DNA from: a virus
IMG/VR virus record: IMGVR_UViG_3300045988_005108
Span: 1-64,000 of that record
DNA length: 64,000 nt
Reading direction: 5' to 3' (one strand)
Shown: piece by piece, positions 30,157 to 38,971 of the stretch
Layout of the letters: each line of letters begins with the position of its first letter
Numbering within the stretch: position 1 is the first letter of the stretch
The notes under the pieces: generated by a model
Seen by the model: only the letters and a program-made list of their open reading frames with translations
Told to the model about the DNA's origin: nothing
Database searches by the model: none
Made by a program: the position numbers and the translations under genes

Positions 30157-33100
30157 TTATTGCTTAAAAAATGGAATACTTTCTTCTGGGTGTAAACCTC
30201 TATATATAGTCTTATTCATAGGAATTAATGGAGACTCAAACCATAATTTAGTTGCTCTTGAATCACCTTTAAACCTACCTGACTGAATAATAGCATCTTC
30301 ACCTGCAAAAGTTTCATAGTTCATAGGATTTAGTAGTCCTACCATACCCAAAACACTCTCTACAGTATTAATACCAGCAGCAGGAGATTTCAAGATTTTA
30401 AGAGCTTCTCCTACCATTTGAGGACCTGGAACCTGAGTACCAATTTCAGTATAAAGTCTCCTTGCTTGATATTCAATCATCTTCTGTAACCAAGGTCTAT
30501 CCTTATTATCATCCCAATCCATGAGACCTAAGAATGCAGCAATAATTAAGAAGTGACCTACTTCAGTAGCAGCTCTTTTAATATTAGCTTTTTCTGTCTT
30601 TGTAAGGTTTTTCCAATTAGCAGCTATTGCAAATTGACCTTCCTTCAACTCTTTAGCTAATTGCCACATAAATCTTCCTGTAGTATTATAATAACCCTCT
30701 GTCCATGCTTGCAAATCATAGTTATATGTAGCAGACTTGAACCTTCTGTTAAGAGATGGTTTAATCCACTTTCTAAACATAACACCCATTCTACCTATAG
30801 CTAATCTCTGCACTGCACTTCTATCAGCCTTATTATAAATACCGTGCATTCTCTGATTTATAGCAGCAGATTTCCTACTAAATGCTATAATATCATCTCT
30901 TGTAAATGCAGACCCATCTTCCTTAGTATAACCTTGCTTTAACTGTAACTTAGCACCTAACTTCTTGTTGTTCTTATCTATAGGAACTACCTCCATAGCA
31001 TCCCATAAGGAAACTATTTTACCATCAGGAGCTTTCATCTTATAAGCATCTGCAAGTGCTAATGAAGTTCTGTTCTGCATCCAATGCTCACCAGCATTAT
31101 TCATAAGGAACAAGGCAGATGTACCAAACATTCTACTGAACCAAGTCTTTCTGTCAAAGTTTACCTCTCTAACATCAGTTTCATATTCCTGCATTACATT
31201 GAATAACTCATCCCACAAAGCAAGCTTGCTTGTCTTGACTCTGTTACCTATCTCAGCCAAGTACTCTGGCAATGCTTTACCATAGTTTCTATCAGCTATT
31301 AAGGTATTGGATTCATTATAGAACTCACCTGCAAAGGACTCAATTCTCATCATAATTTTACCAGTAGTAACATTTGAAATACCACTCAACAAGTTAAGAC
31401 CTAACATATTAAGAGATGTTACTCTATTAACAAAGTTAGCTACCTTTCCTTTATCAATCTTAGTATTACCAAATGTACCTTCATCAGCCATATATCTACC
31501 ATAGACTTGCATTTCAAAGAAGTCATTCAGTCTCTGCATGAATCTTGTTTCATCACCAGATTTAGTTAAGGTTGACTCCACCTTTCTACCTACAGACTTA
31601 AACTTTTCAACCAATGGTTTACCACCCCTTGTCTGTATAATCTCCCTTTCTTTCAGCATATCTCTGCCAAGCTCAAGAACATCAATTATTTTATTCATTT
31701 CATTGAAGTCATTAGCCATAGCTGCATAGGCTGTAAGAGTAGATACTATATCAGTAGATAAGTCATTAGGGCTTTCACCTTCTTTCATTTTGGTATAGTA
31801 GATAGGAAGTACTTGCACCTCTTTACCTTCAAAATCCTTTACTGTAGCTCTATCTCCAAACTCAGTGTCATCTGTTCTCCTAATGAATTGGTCTTTAACT
31901 GCTTCCCATACTTGTGTACTACCTGACCTTACACCATCAGAAGCCTTTACTCTTTCAAGTAAGTCTTTTCTGATTTTAACTGCATTAGTTAAGGTAGTGT
32001 ACTTGTCAGGAAGGTATGAATCCAGCTTGGCTTTTATCTCCATAATCCTATTGTAGTATTCTTTTTGGGCAGGGTTTAAGTTCTGATAAGCCTTATTGCC
32101 ATAGATTGATACTTTAGGTTGCTTCTTTCCATTGACTACCTCCATATTAGCATCAAACCAAGCCTGTCTCTCTTTTCTGTACTTCTCTGCATTATCTCCT
32201 ACAGGATTATTACCATACTTCTCATTGAGGGACTTGAACATTTCTCTGACTTTCTCCTTGAATAAGCCTTGATTAATCTCAGAGATATAATTACCTGTAA
32301 GATTACCTTTACTGTCTCTTTCAAACATCCAATCAGTATTCTTTATGCCAGCTTGCTCTAACTTAATGGTAGCAGCTTGAAGCTCCTTCATAACATTGAT
32401 AGTCTCCAACCTTGCATTTTCTTTACTCTTCTTGACAGCTTGGTCCATAACTTTCAGCATATAATCTGAAGAGTCTGCCATAGAATCAAGCCACCTGTCA
32501 AAGAAAGATATGTCTTTGTCAGCAACCTTAACCAAGTCTTCAGCAGTCATAGTCTTACCCTTGAACTTACCAAAGGGAACAGTTATACTTTCCCCTACAA
32601 AAGGCTTAATAAAATCAACAAAGAGAGGCATTGCCACATTGTTATATCTGACAAACAAGTCTCCAAGTAGCGTAGTTGTGTTATCTAACACAACCCTTAC
32701 CCTTTGACCATATCTATTGTCTGCATATCTCTCTTCATCAATAAGAGCCTTTCTAATATCATCAGTAATATGCTTGTAACTATACAAGTAGTTTCTGACA
32801 TCTCTTAGAACACCAGCTCTTTCATTAACATTGGTAGCAGGAATATTCTGCAACATAGTAAGTCTATCACTTACCTTAGTTAATTCTTCAAGAGCATTCT
32901 CAACAAAAGTATAGATACCTTCAATCTCATTGTTATCTGCTAATTCAATATCCAATCTGTCAATAAGTAACCTTTGATTAGCACTAAACTGGCTATTAGG
33001 ATTTCTCTTTTCATAAATCTTCAATCTCTTCAACTCATTCTCAATGATTCCTTGAAGTAACTTTTTATCTCTTGCAACTCTCTCTGAGGTATTATAGAAT

Positions 33101-34212
33101 ACCCCACTTGAAGTAATATTGCTAATGTCAATAACCTCATCCATACTACCATCAAGGATTTGCTGTGCCAAAGAACCAAAGTTCTTATCAGCCTCCTTCA
33201 AGGCTCTTTGTATAGGACTTGCATTCAGATTCTTGAAAAAATTCTTAACTGCTTGAATTACTCTTTGCAGTAGATTCTTATAAGGAGCAGATGGAATATT
33301 CTCACCTTGAAGAAGATGCTTTGCAAGTAGTTTACCCGCAGCTTCTTTTGCCAACTTAGCCTCATCACTATGATATAAGGTATCATAGGTGTCATAGTCC
33401 TCACCTATAATTTCTCTCGCCAATCCATTGGAAGATATGTTATTGATAAGTCTATTGATGAGTGGATTATCTCCCATAGCTTCAATGGCAAAGTGTGCAA
33501 ATTCCTCAGGAAGTGCTTTTTCACCTTGAATACCATTAGCAAGCCTAATCATTTCAACAAGACCATTTGCTGCATTTCTTGCAACATCAAAGTCAGTTAC
33601 ACCATGAATACCCATTCTCTTTTCAAGGTCAGTCAAAGCACCTATCCCTATACCATGAGACTCAAGAATACTCCTCAACCTGTTATTAAGGTTTTCATTG
33701 TATTCCATCTTATCTGCATTAACAGAGTTAAGCCTATTTCTTTTCTCAACCTTTACTCCAATATGGATTTTTCCTGTTTCACTGTCTTGTATCTTGATTA
33801 CATTAGCCACATAATCATCCCTATACTCTGAGTTCTGATTAAAGGCTATAGCCTTCTGTTTCAACTTCTGATAATTCTCATCATTGTTTACCCACAAGGC
33901 TGGTCTGTCCATTCCTTTCTTATAGTACCCTATTTCTCTATTAAGTCTCTCAAGTACTTTAGTCTCTGGAATAACCTTACTGAGATTAGTCTGCTTTAGC
34001 AAACTTCTCAATGTAGGTTCATTGTTTTCATCTAATGTTAATCTTGGATTCCAATCTCTTATAAAAGAGTCAGCTTTTGTAATAAGATATAGTCTTGTAG
34101 CTTCACTTCTATTGTTAGAGGTGAAGGACAGCAAGTCCTTAAATAACTTGCTGTCCACTACCTGACCATTTCTATTCTTTACCTTTGGAATAATTGCACA
34201 ACTTTTTGCCAT
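30157..34212 (-). CDS. giant virion protein of the RNA-polymerase/cargo block, function unknown
   Basis: 1351 aa. Starts 17 nt after the stop of the DFDVD-containing ORF. Has a C-terminal hydrophobic helix (VGHFLIIAAFLGLM). Confidence 0.6.
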   Translation of the reverse strand: MAKSCAIIPKVKNRNGQVVDSKLFKDLLSFTSNNRSEATRLYLITKADSFIRDWNPRLTLDENNEPTLRSLLKQTNLSKVIPETKVLERLNREIGYYKKGMDRPALWVNNDENYQKLKQKAIAFNQNSEYRDDYVANVIKIQDSETGKIHIGVKVEKRNRLNSVNADKMEYNENLNNRLRSILESHGIGIGALTDLEKRMGIHGVTDFDVARNAANGLVEMIRLANGIQGEKALPEEFAHFAIEAMGDNPLINRLINNISSNGLAREIIGEDYDTYDTLYHSDEAKLAKEAAGKLLAKHLLQGENIPSAPYKNLLQRVIQAVKNFFKNLNASPIQRALKEADKNFGSLAQQILDGSMDEVIDISNITSSGVFYNTSERVARDKKLLQGIIENELKRLKIYEKRNPNSQFSANQRLLIDRLDIELADNNEIEGIYTFVENALEELTKVSDRLTMLQNIPATNVNERAGVLRDVRNYLYSYKHITDDIRKALIDEERYADNRYGQRVRVVLDNTTTLLGDLFVRYNNVAMPLFVDFIKPFVGESITVPFGKFKGKTMTAEDLVKVADKDISFFDRWLDSMADSSDYMLKVMDQAVKKSKENARLETINVMKELQAATIKLEQAGIKNTDWMFERDSKGNLTGNYISEINQGLFKEKVREMFKSLNEKYGNNPVGDNAEKYRKERQAWFDANMEVVNGKKQPKVSIYGNKAYQNLNPAQKEYYNRIMEIKAKLDSYLPDKYTTLTNAVKIRKDLLERVKASDGVRSGSTQVWEAVKDQFIRRTDDTEFGDRATVKDFEGKEVQVLPIYYTKMKEGESPNDLSTDIVSTLTAYAAMANDFNEMNKIIDVLELGRDMLKEREIIQTRGGKPLVEKFKSVGRKVESTLTKSGDETRFMQRLNDFFEMQVYGRYMADEGTFGNTKIDKGKVANFVNRVTSLNMLGLNLLSGISNVTTGKIMMRIESFAGEFYNESNTLIADRNYGKALPEYLAEIGNRVKTSKLALWDELFNVMQEYETDVREVNFDRKTWFSRMFGTSALFLMNNAGEHWMQNRTSLALADAYKMKAPDGKIVSLWDAMEVVPIDKNNKKLGAKLQLKQGYTKEDGSAFTRDDIIAFSRKSAAINQRMHGIYNKADRSAVQRLAIGRMGVMFRKWIKPSLNRRFKSATYNYDLQAWTEGYYNTTGRFMWQLAKELKEGQFAIAANWKNLTKTEKANIKRAATEVGHFLIIAAFLGLMDWDDNKDRPWLQKMIEYQARRLYTEIGTQVPGPQMVGEALKILKSPAAGINTVESVLGMVGLLNPMNYETFAGEDAIIQSGRFKGDSRATKLWFESPLIPMNKTIYRGLHPEESIPFFKQ

Positions 34213-34229
34213 GTTTATTCTATAAACCG

Positions 34230-37200
34230 TTATAAACTATATAATGTTGGAGCACCACAAATACTATCACCATTCTCATCCTTATACTCTGTATTAGGCT
34301 GAATAGTTGTCACATCATCAGCCTTAGGAGCATAAGTATCAAGAGGAGTACCATATACCTGTTGGAAGGCATCAGTATCTACTTGTGGAATAGAATCCCA
34401 ATACTCTTGAGGCATATCTTGATAATCAGGCATAGAATCATAATCAACCTCAGCATCTCCAAGGTCAAATCTTGACAATGTATCTGCATAAGGGTCATAA
34501 TCTTTCCTGTTCTTATCAATTACAGTTTCCATCTCCTCTACATCCTTGCCATATTCATATTCAATGAAGCTGTTTCTGAAGCCTAATGGTTCAATCCTTT
34601 CATAGATTGCAACATTAGTTTGTTCAGTACCTACAGATGATAACTTGTAATAGACATAGTTTCCTCTGATTCTTCTACCTATATACTTAAAGAAGTCATA
34701 AGCAGGACCATCAGGAGTATCTATCCTTTTCTTGATAACTTTCTTATCTCCAAAGGTAGCATTATCATCAATTACAAATGTAACTTCATCCTTAACTTCA
34801 TTATCCTCTCCTATGAACTGGACAGAGGCTGTATCAGGGATTTCAGGAACCAACTTTCTATTATCCAAGTGATTATAGACATATTGGTCTACAAATTGAC
34901 TATAATCATCACTTGATGACAAGAGAGTTCTCAATGTACTTATGTACTCTGGGATAGCATTTCTCACTGCCACAGGTGCCAAATGGATAAAGGTTGAAGG
35001 TCCAAATGCAAAGCCATTCCTATAATAGCTGTATCTGAATAAGTTAAGAGCAAGTTTCTGAGCTTCTGGGTTACTCATATACAACAGAGATGCCCAATCT
35101 CTCATATATCTTTCTCTCAAAGTAGGACTTAACTGACCTACATTCTTAAACACTACTGTGTCTACAGGATTACTGTCATTTGCCCTAATTACCTTGAGTC
35201 TCTTAATAAATTCAAGGTCAGCTATATCCTCATTATCTGTAACCACTCTCTTGAAGTACTCAGGGAAATTATTAATGAAGTCCTTTCTCTTATCAGAGGA
35301 AGTTACAATAATATCACCTACTTCTGAGTCTGGGTTTACAATCAATTCAGAACCAAAGAATCCATTCTTTGACATGATGTAGGCAAGCAAGTCATTATAA
35401 ATACTATTCATAGTCTTTACATTCAACTTACCAGTCTTTGTCATGTCTCTAAGGTCATCAATTACAGTTCTGAATGATTCAGTATATTGAGGGAAGTAAG
35501 ACCCTAACATTTCCTCTGTTTTCTGTAAGCCAAGAGTGTAGAAAGCCTGTAAGAAGGGAAGAGGAGCAGACAATAGTCTTTCTCTTAGAGTGTCAGTGTC
35601 AGGATTGTCTGATAACAGACCATCAAGTATTACATTGGCATTCTTCAATGGAAACTTGTCATTATTCTCTATCTGGTCTAACAGGTCTTTTACTTTCTGC
35701 ATCTTTAACTCTGTATCTGCAATAGTAGGACCAGCAGCACCTCCTTGGGTATCAGACCTTGTAGCTTGTACTAATTGTCCTAAAGCATCAGCAGAGTTCA
35801 TAATTCTCTTGAACAAATATCCAACTGCAACTTGTTTCTGGTAGAACTCAATTTTTCTGAAATCAGAAGTCTGAGACCTGTCAGTAACAGCCTCCTTAGC
35901 AAGCATTATATTGTCTGCAAGCTCTTCAATATAGAAGCTATTATTCTTGTAGTTATCATAAGTCAAGTCACTATTAAGAGCAGCCTTCTCCTTATACTTA
36001 TCCAGTACTTCATCAATGATAGTATCTTTGCCTTTACCTTCTCTACTCTCTCTAAAATAGGTCTGAGTAATCTCTTGAACTATAGGCTGCATCATTAACA
36101 AACCTATCTCAATAGGGTTATAACCTAATCTTGAGAGAAGCATAGAAGCATCAGCAGTGAAAGTATTCTGATTAAGTGCTGCAAGCACAGGGTCTTTAAC
36201 ATTATCCACAGAAGCAGCCAAGAATCCAGCATTATTCTTTGAGATAAATTCCTTGTCACCATTCATAATATCATGTAAAGATGTAAGTCTCTTTCCATTC
36301 AATACAAATGAGCCATTTTCTTCATCCAAAGCTAACTGAGTATGTTGCATCAAAGCATGATTTGCATTATGGTTGGCATAAATACCAATCAACTTAGCAC
36401 CAGTCATGTTCTGCTGATGTAACATTACCTGAGTTCTTGGTGATAATGGGTCCATCTTGACCTTTGTCTTTTCTGCCAACTTATCAAGAGTATCAAGGTC
36501 TAAGTCAAATAGATATGAAGCAATAGACTTGGGATAAGACTTTCCACCTTTCTGTACAGTCTTATTAAGTTCTACACCTACATCCTTTAATGCTTGAGCC
36601 AAGTCACTCTCATAAGAATCATTGAGAATGGTCATTATTCTTGCAGACTTCTTCTGATAATCAAAGCCACCTGGGTTAAGAATTTTTGAAGCTGTATCTG
36701 CATTAGTCAGAACTCCATACATCATATCTATCAGCAAGTTATTTCTTGCTTTAAGACTGTTCTCCTGTGGAGATTTATTGAAGTCATACTTTACCTTGCT
36801 TATAATAGGCTTGGCAAGTCTGTACTTCTCTTTATTCTCCTTGAACCATTCCTTAAAGTCATCAGTATCTGCATTGAGAATATCCTCTGCTAATTGGCTA
36901 TGAGTGAATTGTGACAATACTTGATTGAATAAGCTATTCATTCTTGCATAGTCTTCTCTTGCCTGTCTCATATCATACTTCTTAACTCTGAACTCAGGTA
37001 ACATGATATACATCTTATCCACATCAAAGTCAGAACCTGATAGAGTAGTAATCTCAGCAGGAAGCATAATTGCAGAACCATTCTGTTGAGGAAGGAATCC
37101 CTTAATATACAGAGGAGCCATTGAATATTTATCCTCCGTTGGGACTCTATATCCAATCAACTTTCTCAAATCCTCAGGAAGTTTAGTTACATCAAGCTGG

Positions 37201-37883
37201 TGAGTATTTGGGTCCATGAGAGGCTCATAGAACTCTCTACTATATGCAGGCATATAACATTCAAGATACTTAATCCTCTTGTTAGCACCTTCACCTTCAA
37301 ATACTACATGAAGTTCATCAGTCAAGCCATAATCAGATACCTGAATTAAAGCTCCACCTCTAATCTTCTGTTTAGTAATTCTACTCTTGATTACACTATT
37401 AAGGAGTGTCTGTACTCTTTGAGATTGCACAGGGTCAAAGAGAGGGATATTGAAGTTGTTGTTCTCATCAAGAGTACAAGCCCTCATCATATCCACACCA
37501 TATCTTTGATTACCCCTTATCTCTTCAAGTAAGATTTCCTCTACTTTCTCTGGTTTTTTGAATATCTCATCTACATCAGCAAATGCTTGAAGAATATTCT
37601 CAGTATTGATGGCATTATACAGGTCAAGCCATTCTTTCTTAGTCATCTTCTTACCATCAACCTCAATGATTGTGTCATCAGAGATGTCAGCAGTAATTAG
37701 TTTTCTAATCTGAGTACCTACCAACTGAACTGCATCAATAGCATGTTCAGGAGTTGCAGTCTGAATACCATAATCTTCATAAGATACCTTATGTACTACA
37801 TTAGGATTCTCATTACCAAATCCAATGCCTGTAGCATCTTTAAGCCTCTGAATTACATCAGCCTCTGTATTTACATCATTCAA
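34230..37883 (-). CDS. virion RNA polymerase, catalytic part (beta'-like DPBB motif); probably exon 2 of an intron-split gene
   Basis: LSGSDFDVDKMY (DFDVD at 37017-37031) matches the universal NADFDGDQM metal-binding motif. The track start is TTG, there is no ATG for the first 79 codons, and the frame stays open upstream to 37925. Confidence 0.8.
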   Translation of the reverse strand: MNDVNTEADVIQRLKDATGIGFGNENPNVVHKVSYEDYGIQTATPEHAIDAVQLVGTQIRKLITADISDDTIIEVDGKKMTKKEWLDLYNAINTENILQAFADVDEIFKKPEKVEEILLEEIRGNQRYGVDMMRACTLDENNNFNIPLFDPVQSQRVQTLLNSVIKSRITKQKIRGGALIQVSDYGLTDELHVVFEGEGANKRIKYLECYMPAYSREFYEPLMDPNTHQLDVTKLPEDLRKLIGYRVPTEDKYSMAPLYIKGFLPQQNGSAIMLPAEITTLSGSDFDVDKMYIMLPEFRVKKYDMRQAREDYARMNSLFNQVLSQFTHSQLAEDILNADTDDFKEWFKENKEKYRLAKPIISKVKYDFNKSPQENSLKARNNLLIDMMYGVLTNADTASKILNPGGFDYQKKSARIMTILNDSYESDLAQALKDVGVELNKTVQKGGKSYPKSIASYLFDLDLDTLDKLAEKTKVKMDPLSPRTQVMLHQQNMTGAKLIGIYANHNANHALMQHTQLALDEENGSFVLNGKRLTSLHDIMNGDKEFISKNNAGFLAASVDNVKDPVLAALNQNTFTADASMLLSRLGYNPIEIGLLMMQPIVQEITQTYFRESREGKGKDTIIDEVLDKYKEKAALNSDLTYDNYKNNSFYIEELADNIMLAKEAVTDRSQTSDFRKIEFYQKQVAVGYLFKRIMNSADALGQLVQATRSDTQGGAAGPTIADTELKMQKVKDLLDQIENNDKFPLKNANVILDGLLSDNPDTDTLRERLLSAPLPFLQAFYTLGLQKTEEMLGSYFPQYTESFRTVIDDLRDMTKTGKLNVKTMNSIYNDLLAYIMSKNGFFGSELIVNPDSEVGDIIVTSSDKRKDFINNFPEYFKRVVTDNEDIADLEFIKRLKVIRANDSNPVDTVVFKNVGQLSPTLRERYMRDWASLLYMSNPEAQKLALNLFRYSYYRNGFAFGPSTFIHLAPVAVRNAIPEYISTLRTLLSSSDDYSQFVDQYVYNHLDNRKLVPEIPDTASVQFIGEDNEVKDEVTFVIDDNATFGDKKVIKKRIDTPDGPAYDFFKYIGRRIRGNYVYYKLSSVGTEQTNVAIYERIEPLGFRNSFIEYEYGKDVEEMETVIDKNRKDYDPYADTLSRFDLGDAEVDYDSMPDYQDMPQEYWDSIPQVDTDAFQQVYGTPLDTYAPKADDVTTIQPNTEYKDENGDSICGAPTLYSL

Positions 37884-37938
37884 ATCTATTACACCTTGTT
37901 TCAGTTTTGTTATCCTATAAGCTTTTTATCTCATAGTT

Positions 37939-38122
37939 CTTACATTTCATTTAATGTAAGCTCGGCGTACATTTTCATCTTTAGCTTTACCTATTAAGAT
38001 GCAGGACACTCTTGGGTCTATTATATTTATTCAAGACCTACGCTCTACACTACTAATTAACCTTTCGTAATTTAATTAGTTAGCTCGGTATTAGCATCTC
38101 AGCTTTCACCGATTTTGCCCTG
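37939..38122 (-). ncRNA. group I ribozyme core (P3 to P9)
   Basis: Minus-strand pairings: P3 CAGGGCA/TGTCCTG. J3/4 AAA. P4 TCGGT/ACCGA with A-rich J4/5 and J5/4. P6 hairpin with a GAAA tetraloop. P7 G-(A bulge)-GCGTA/TACGCC. P8 CATCTT/AAGATG. J8/7 AAAATG. P9 CTTACATT/AATGTAAG. Confidence 0.7.
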
Positions 38123-38133
38123 TAATTATATCA

Positions 38134-38901
38134 TTAATTACTTAATGATACGGCAAACAAATATTTATTATATTTTCTATCTAAGTAAACATGGGCATTA
38201 TTATAAATAGTATTTAAGAATTGTATTGCTTTACTGTGAGTAAATTTAGTTTCATAATAGTTGTTGTTACCATATTTAGTTACTAAGTTTTCAATACCAG
38301 TATACTTCAAACAATTTGTAACTATATTTAGAGTTCCTACTATATTAACTCTTGGATATGGTTTAGTACAATTCTTATGTTCATCTATTCCAACACTTCC
38401 ATCACCATCAAATACTCCTCTTACAAAAGGAATAACCAATGAAGAATCTTGGAATATACTCATACTTGGGAATTTCAAAATTAAAGATTTTCTTGGAGTG
38501 CATCCATAAGATATTAACATATCTTTTAAGTGCTTACTTTTATTCATTATACTATATGATGTATATTCTTTGTAATGTTTAATTCTTATTGGATTCTTTG
38601 AACTAATAAACTCTTTGAATTTCTCTAAGTGCTCTCTGTCTATCAATCCAATCTCTAAACTACCATTATCAGAAATACAACCATCAGCATAAATGAAACC
38701 TAGCCAATATGCTTTCTCCTCAGTATCAATATTATCAAATATATGCTCATTGAATTGAGCTTTTGATAGTTTGATATTAAAAGATTTAAGTATATAAGAT
38801 ACTGTAGTATAGTATATACCTAATTCTTCTGCAATTTCCTTAACTCTTTTTCCTTGTAAAGCAAGTTCTTTTACTTTTTCATAATTTACTCTTTTCTTCA
38901 T
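38134..38901 (-). CDS. LAGLIDADG homing endonuclease (double-motif) with N-terminal HTH
   Basis: Motif 1 YWLGFIYADGCI, motif 2 FVRGVFDGDGSVG. N-terminal KRVKEIAEELGIYYTTVSYILK. Very AT-rich. Confidence 0.9.
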   Translation of the reverse strand: MKKRVNYEKVKELALQGKRVKEIAEELGIYYTTVSYILKSFNIKLSKAQFNEHIFDNIDTEEKAYWLGFIYADGCISDNGSLEIGLIDREHLEKFKEFISSKNPIRIKHYKEYTSYSIMNKSKHLKDMLISYGCTPRKSLILKFPSMSIFQDSSLVIPFVRGVFDGDGSVGIDEHKNCTKPYPRVNIVGTLNIVTNCLKYTGIENLVTKYGNNNYYETKFTHSKAIQFLNTIYNNAHVYLDRKYNKYLFAVSLSN

Positions 38902-38923
38902 ATCATTACCTTTATATTTGCTA

Positions 38924-38931
38924 CAAAGGTA
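38924..38931 (-). promoter_or_regulatory. TAnnTTTG box upstream of the endonuclease ORF (promoter or part of an intron hairpin)
   Basis: Minus-strand TACCTTTG lies 22 nt upstream of the ATG at 38901. The same bases form a 7-bp hairpin TACCTTT/AAAGGTA, so the role is ambiguous. Confidence 0.3.
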
Positions 38932-38971
38932 GTAATAATTTATCTACTTAGCAAGGATATAAATAAAATAT

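Noticed and set aside
38125-38912. Direct repeat TAATGATAT at both ends of the LAGLIDADG ORF (around the ATG at 38901 and just after the stop at 38134), as a possible ORF-insertion scar.
   Set aside because: A 9-nt AT-only match is easily explained by chance in this composition. I cannot distinguish a scar from coincidence without comparison to ORF-less introns.
38924-38931. The TAnnTTTG box upstream of the LAGLIDADG gene as firm evidence that the endonuclease is a free-standing gene between two separate RNA-polymerase genes.
   Set aside because: The motif is expected by chance many times in 64 kb, and here it also forms a hairpin arm. The downstream ribozyme-like core and the ATG-less downstream ORF argue more strongly for an intron. 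Intron-borne endonuclease genes with their own promoters are also known from T4.
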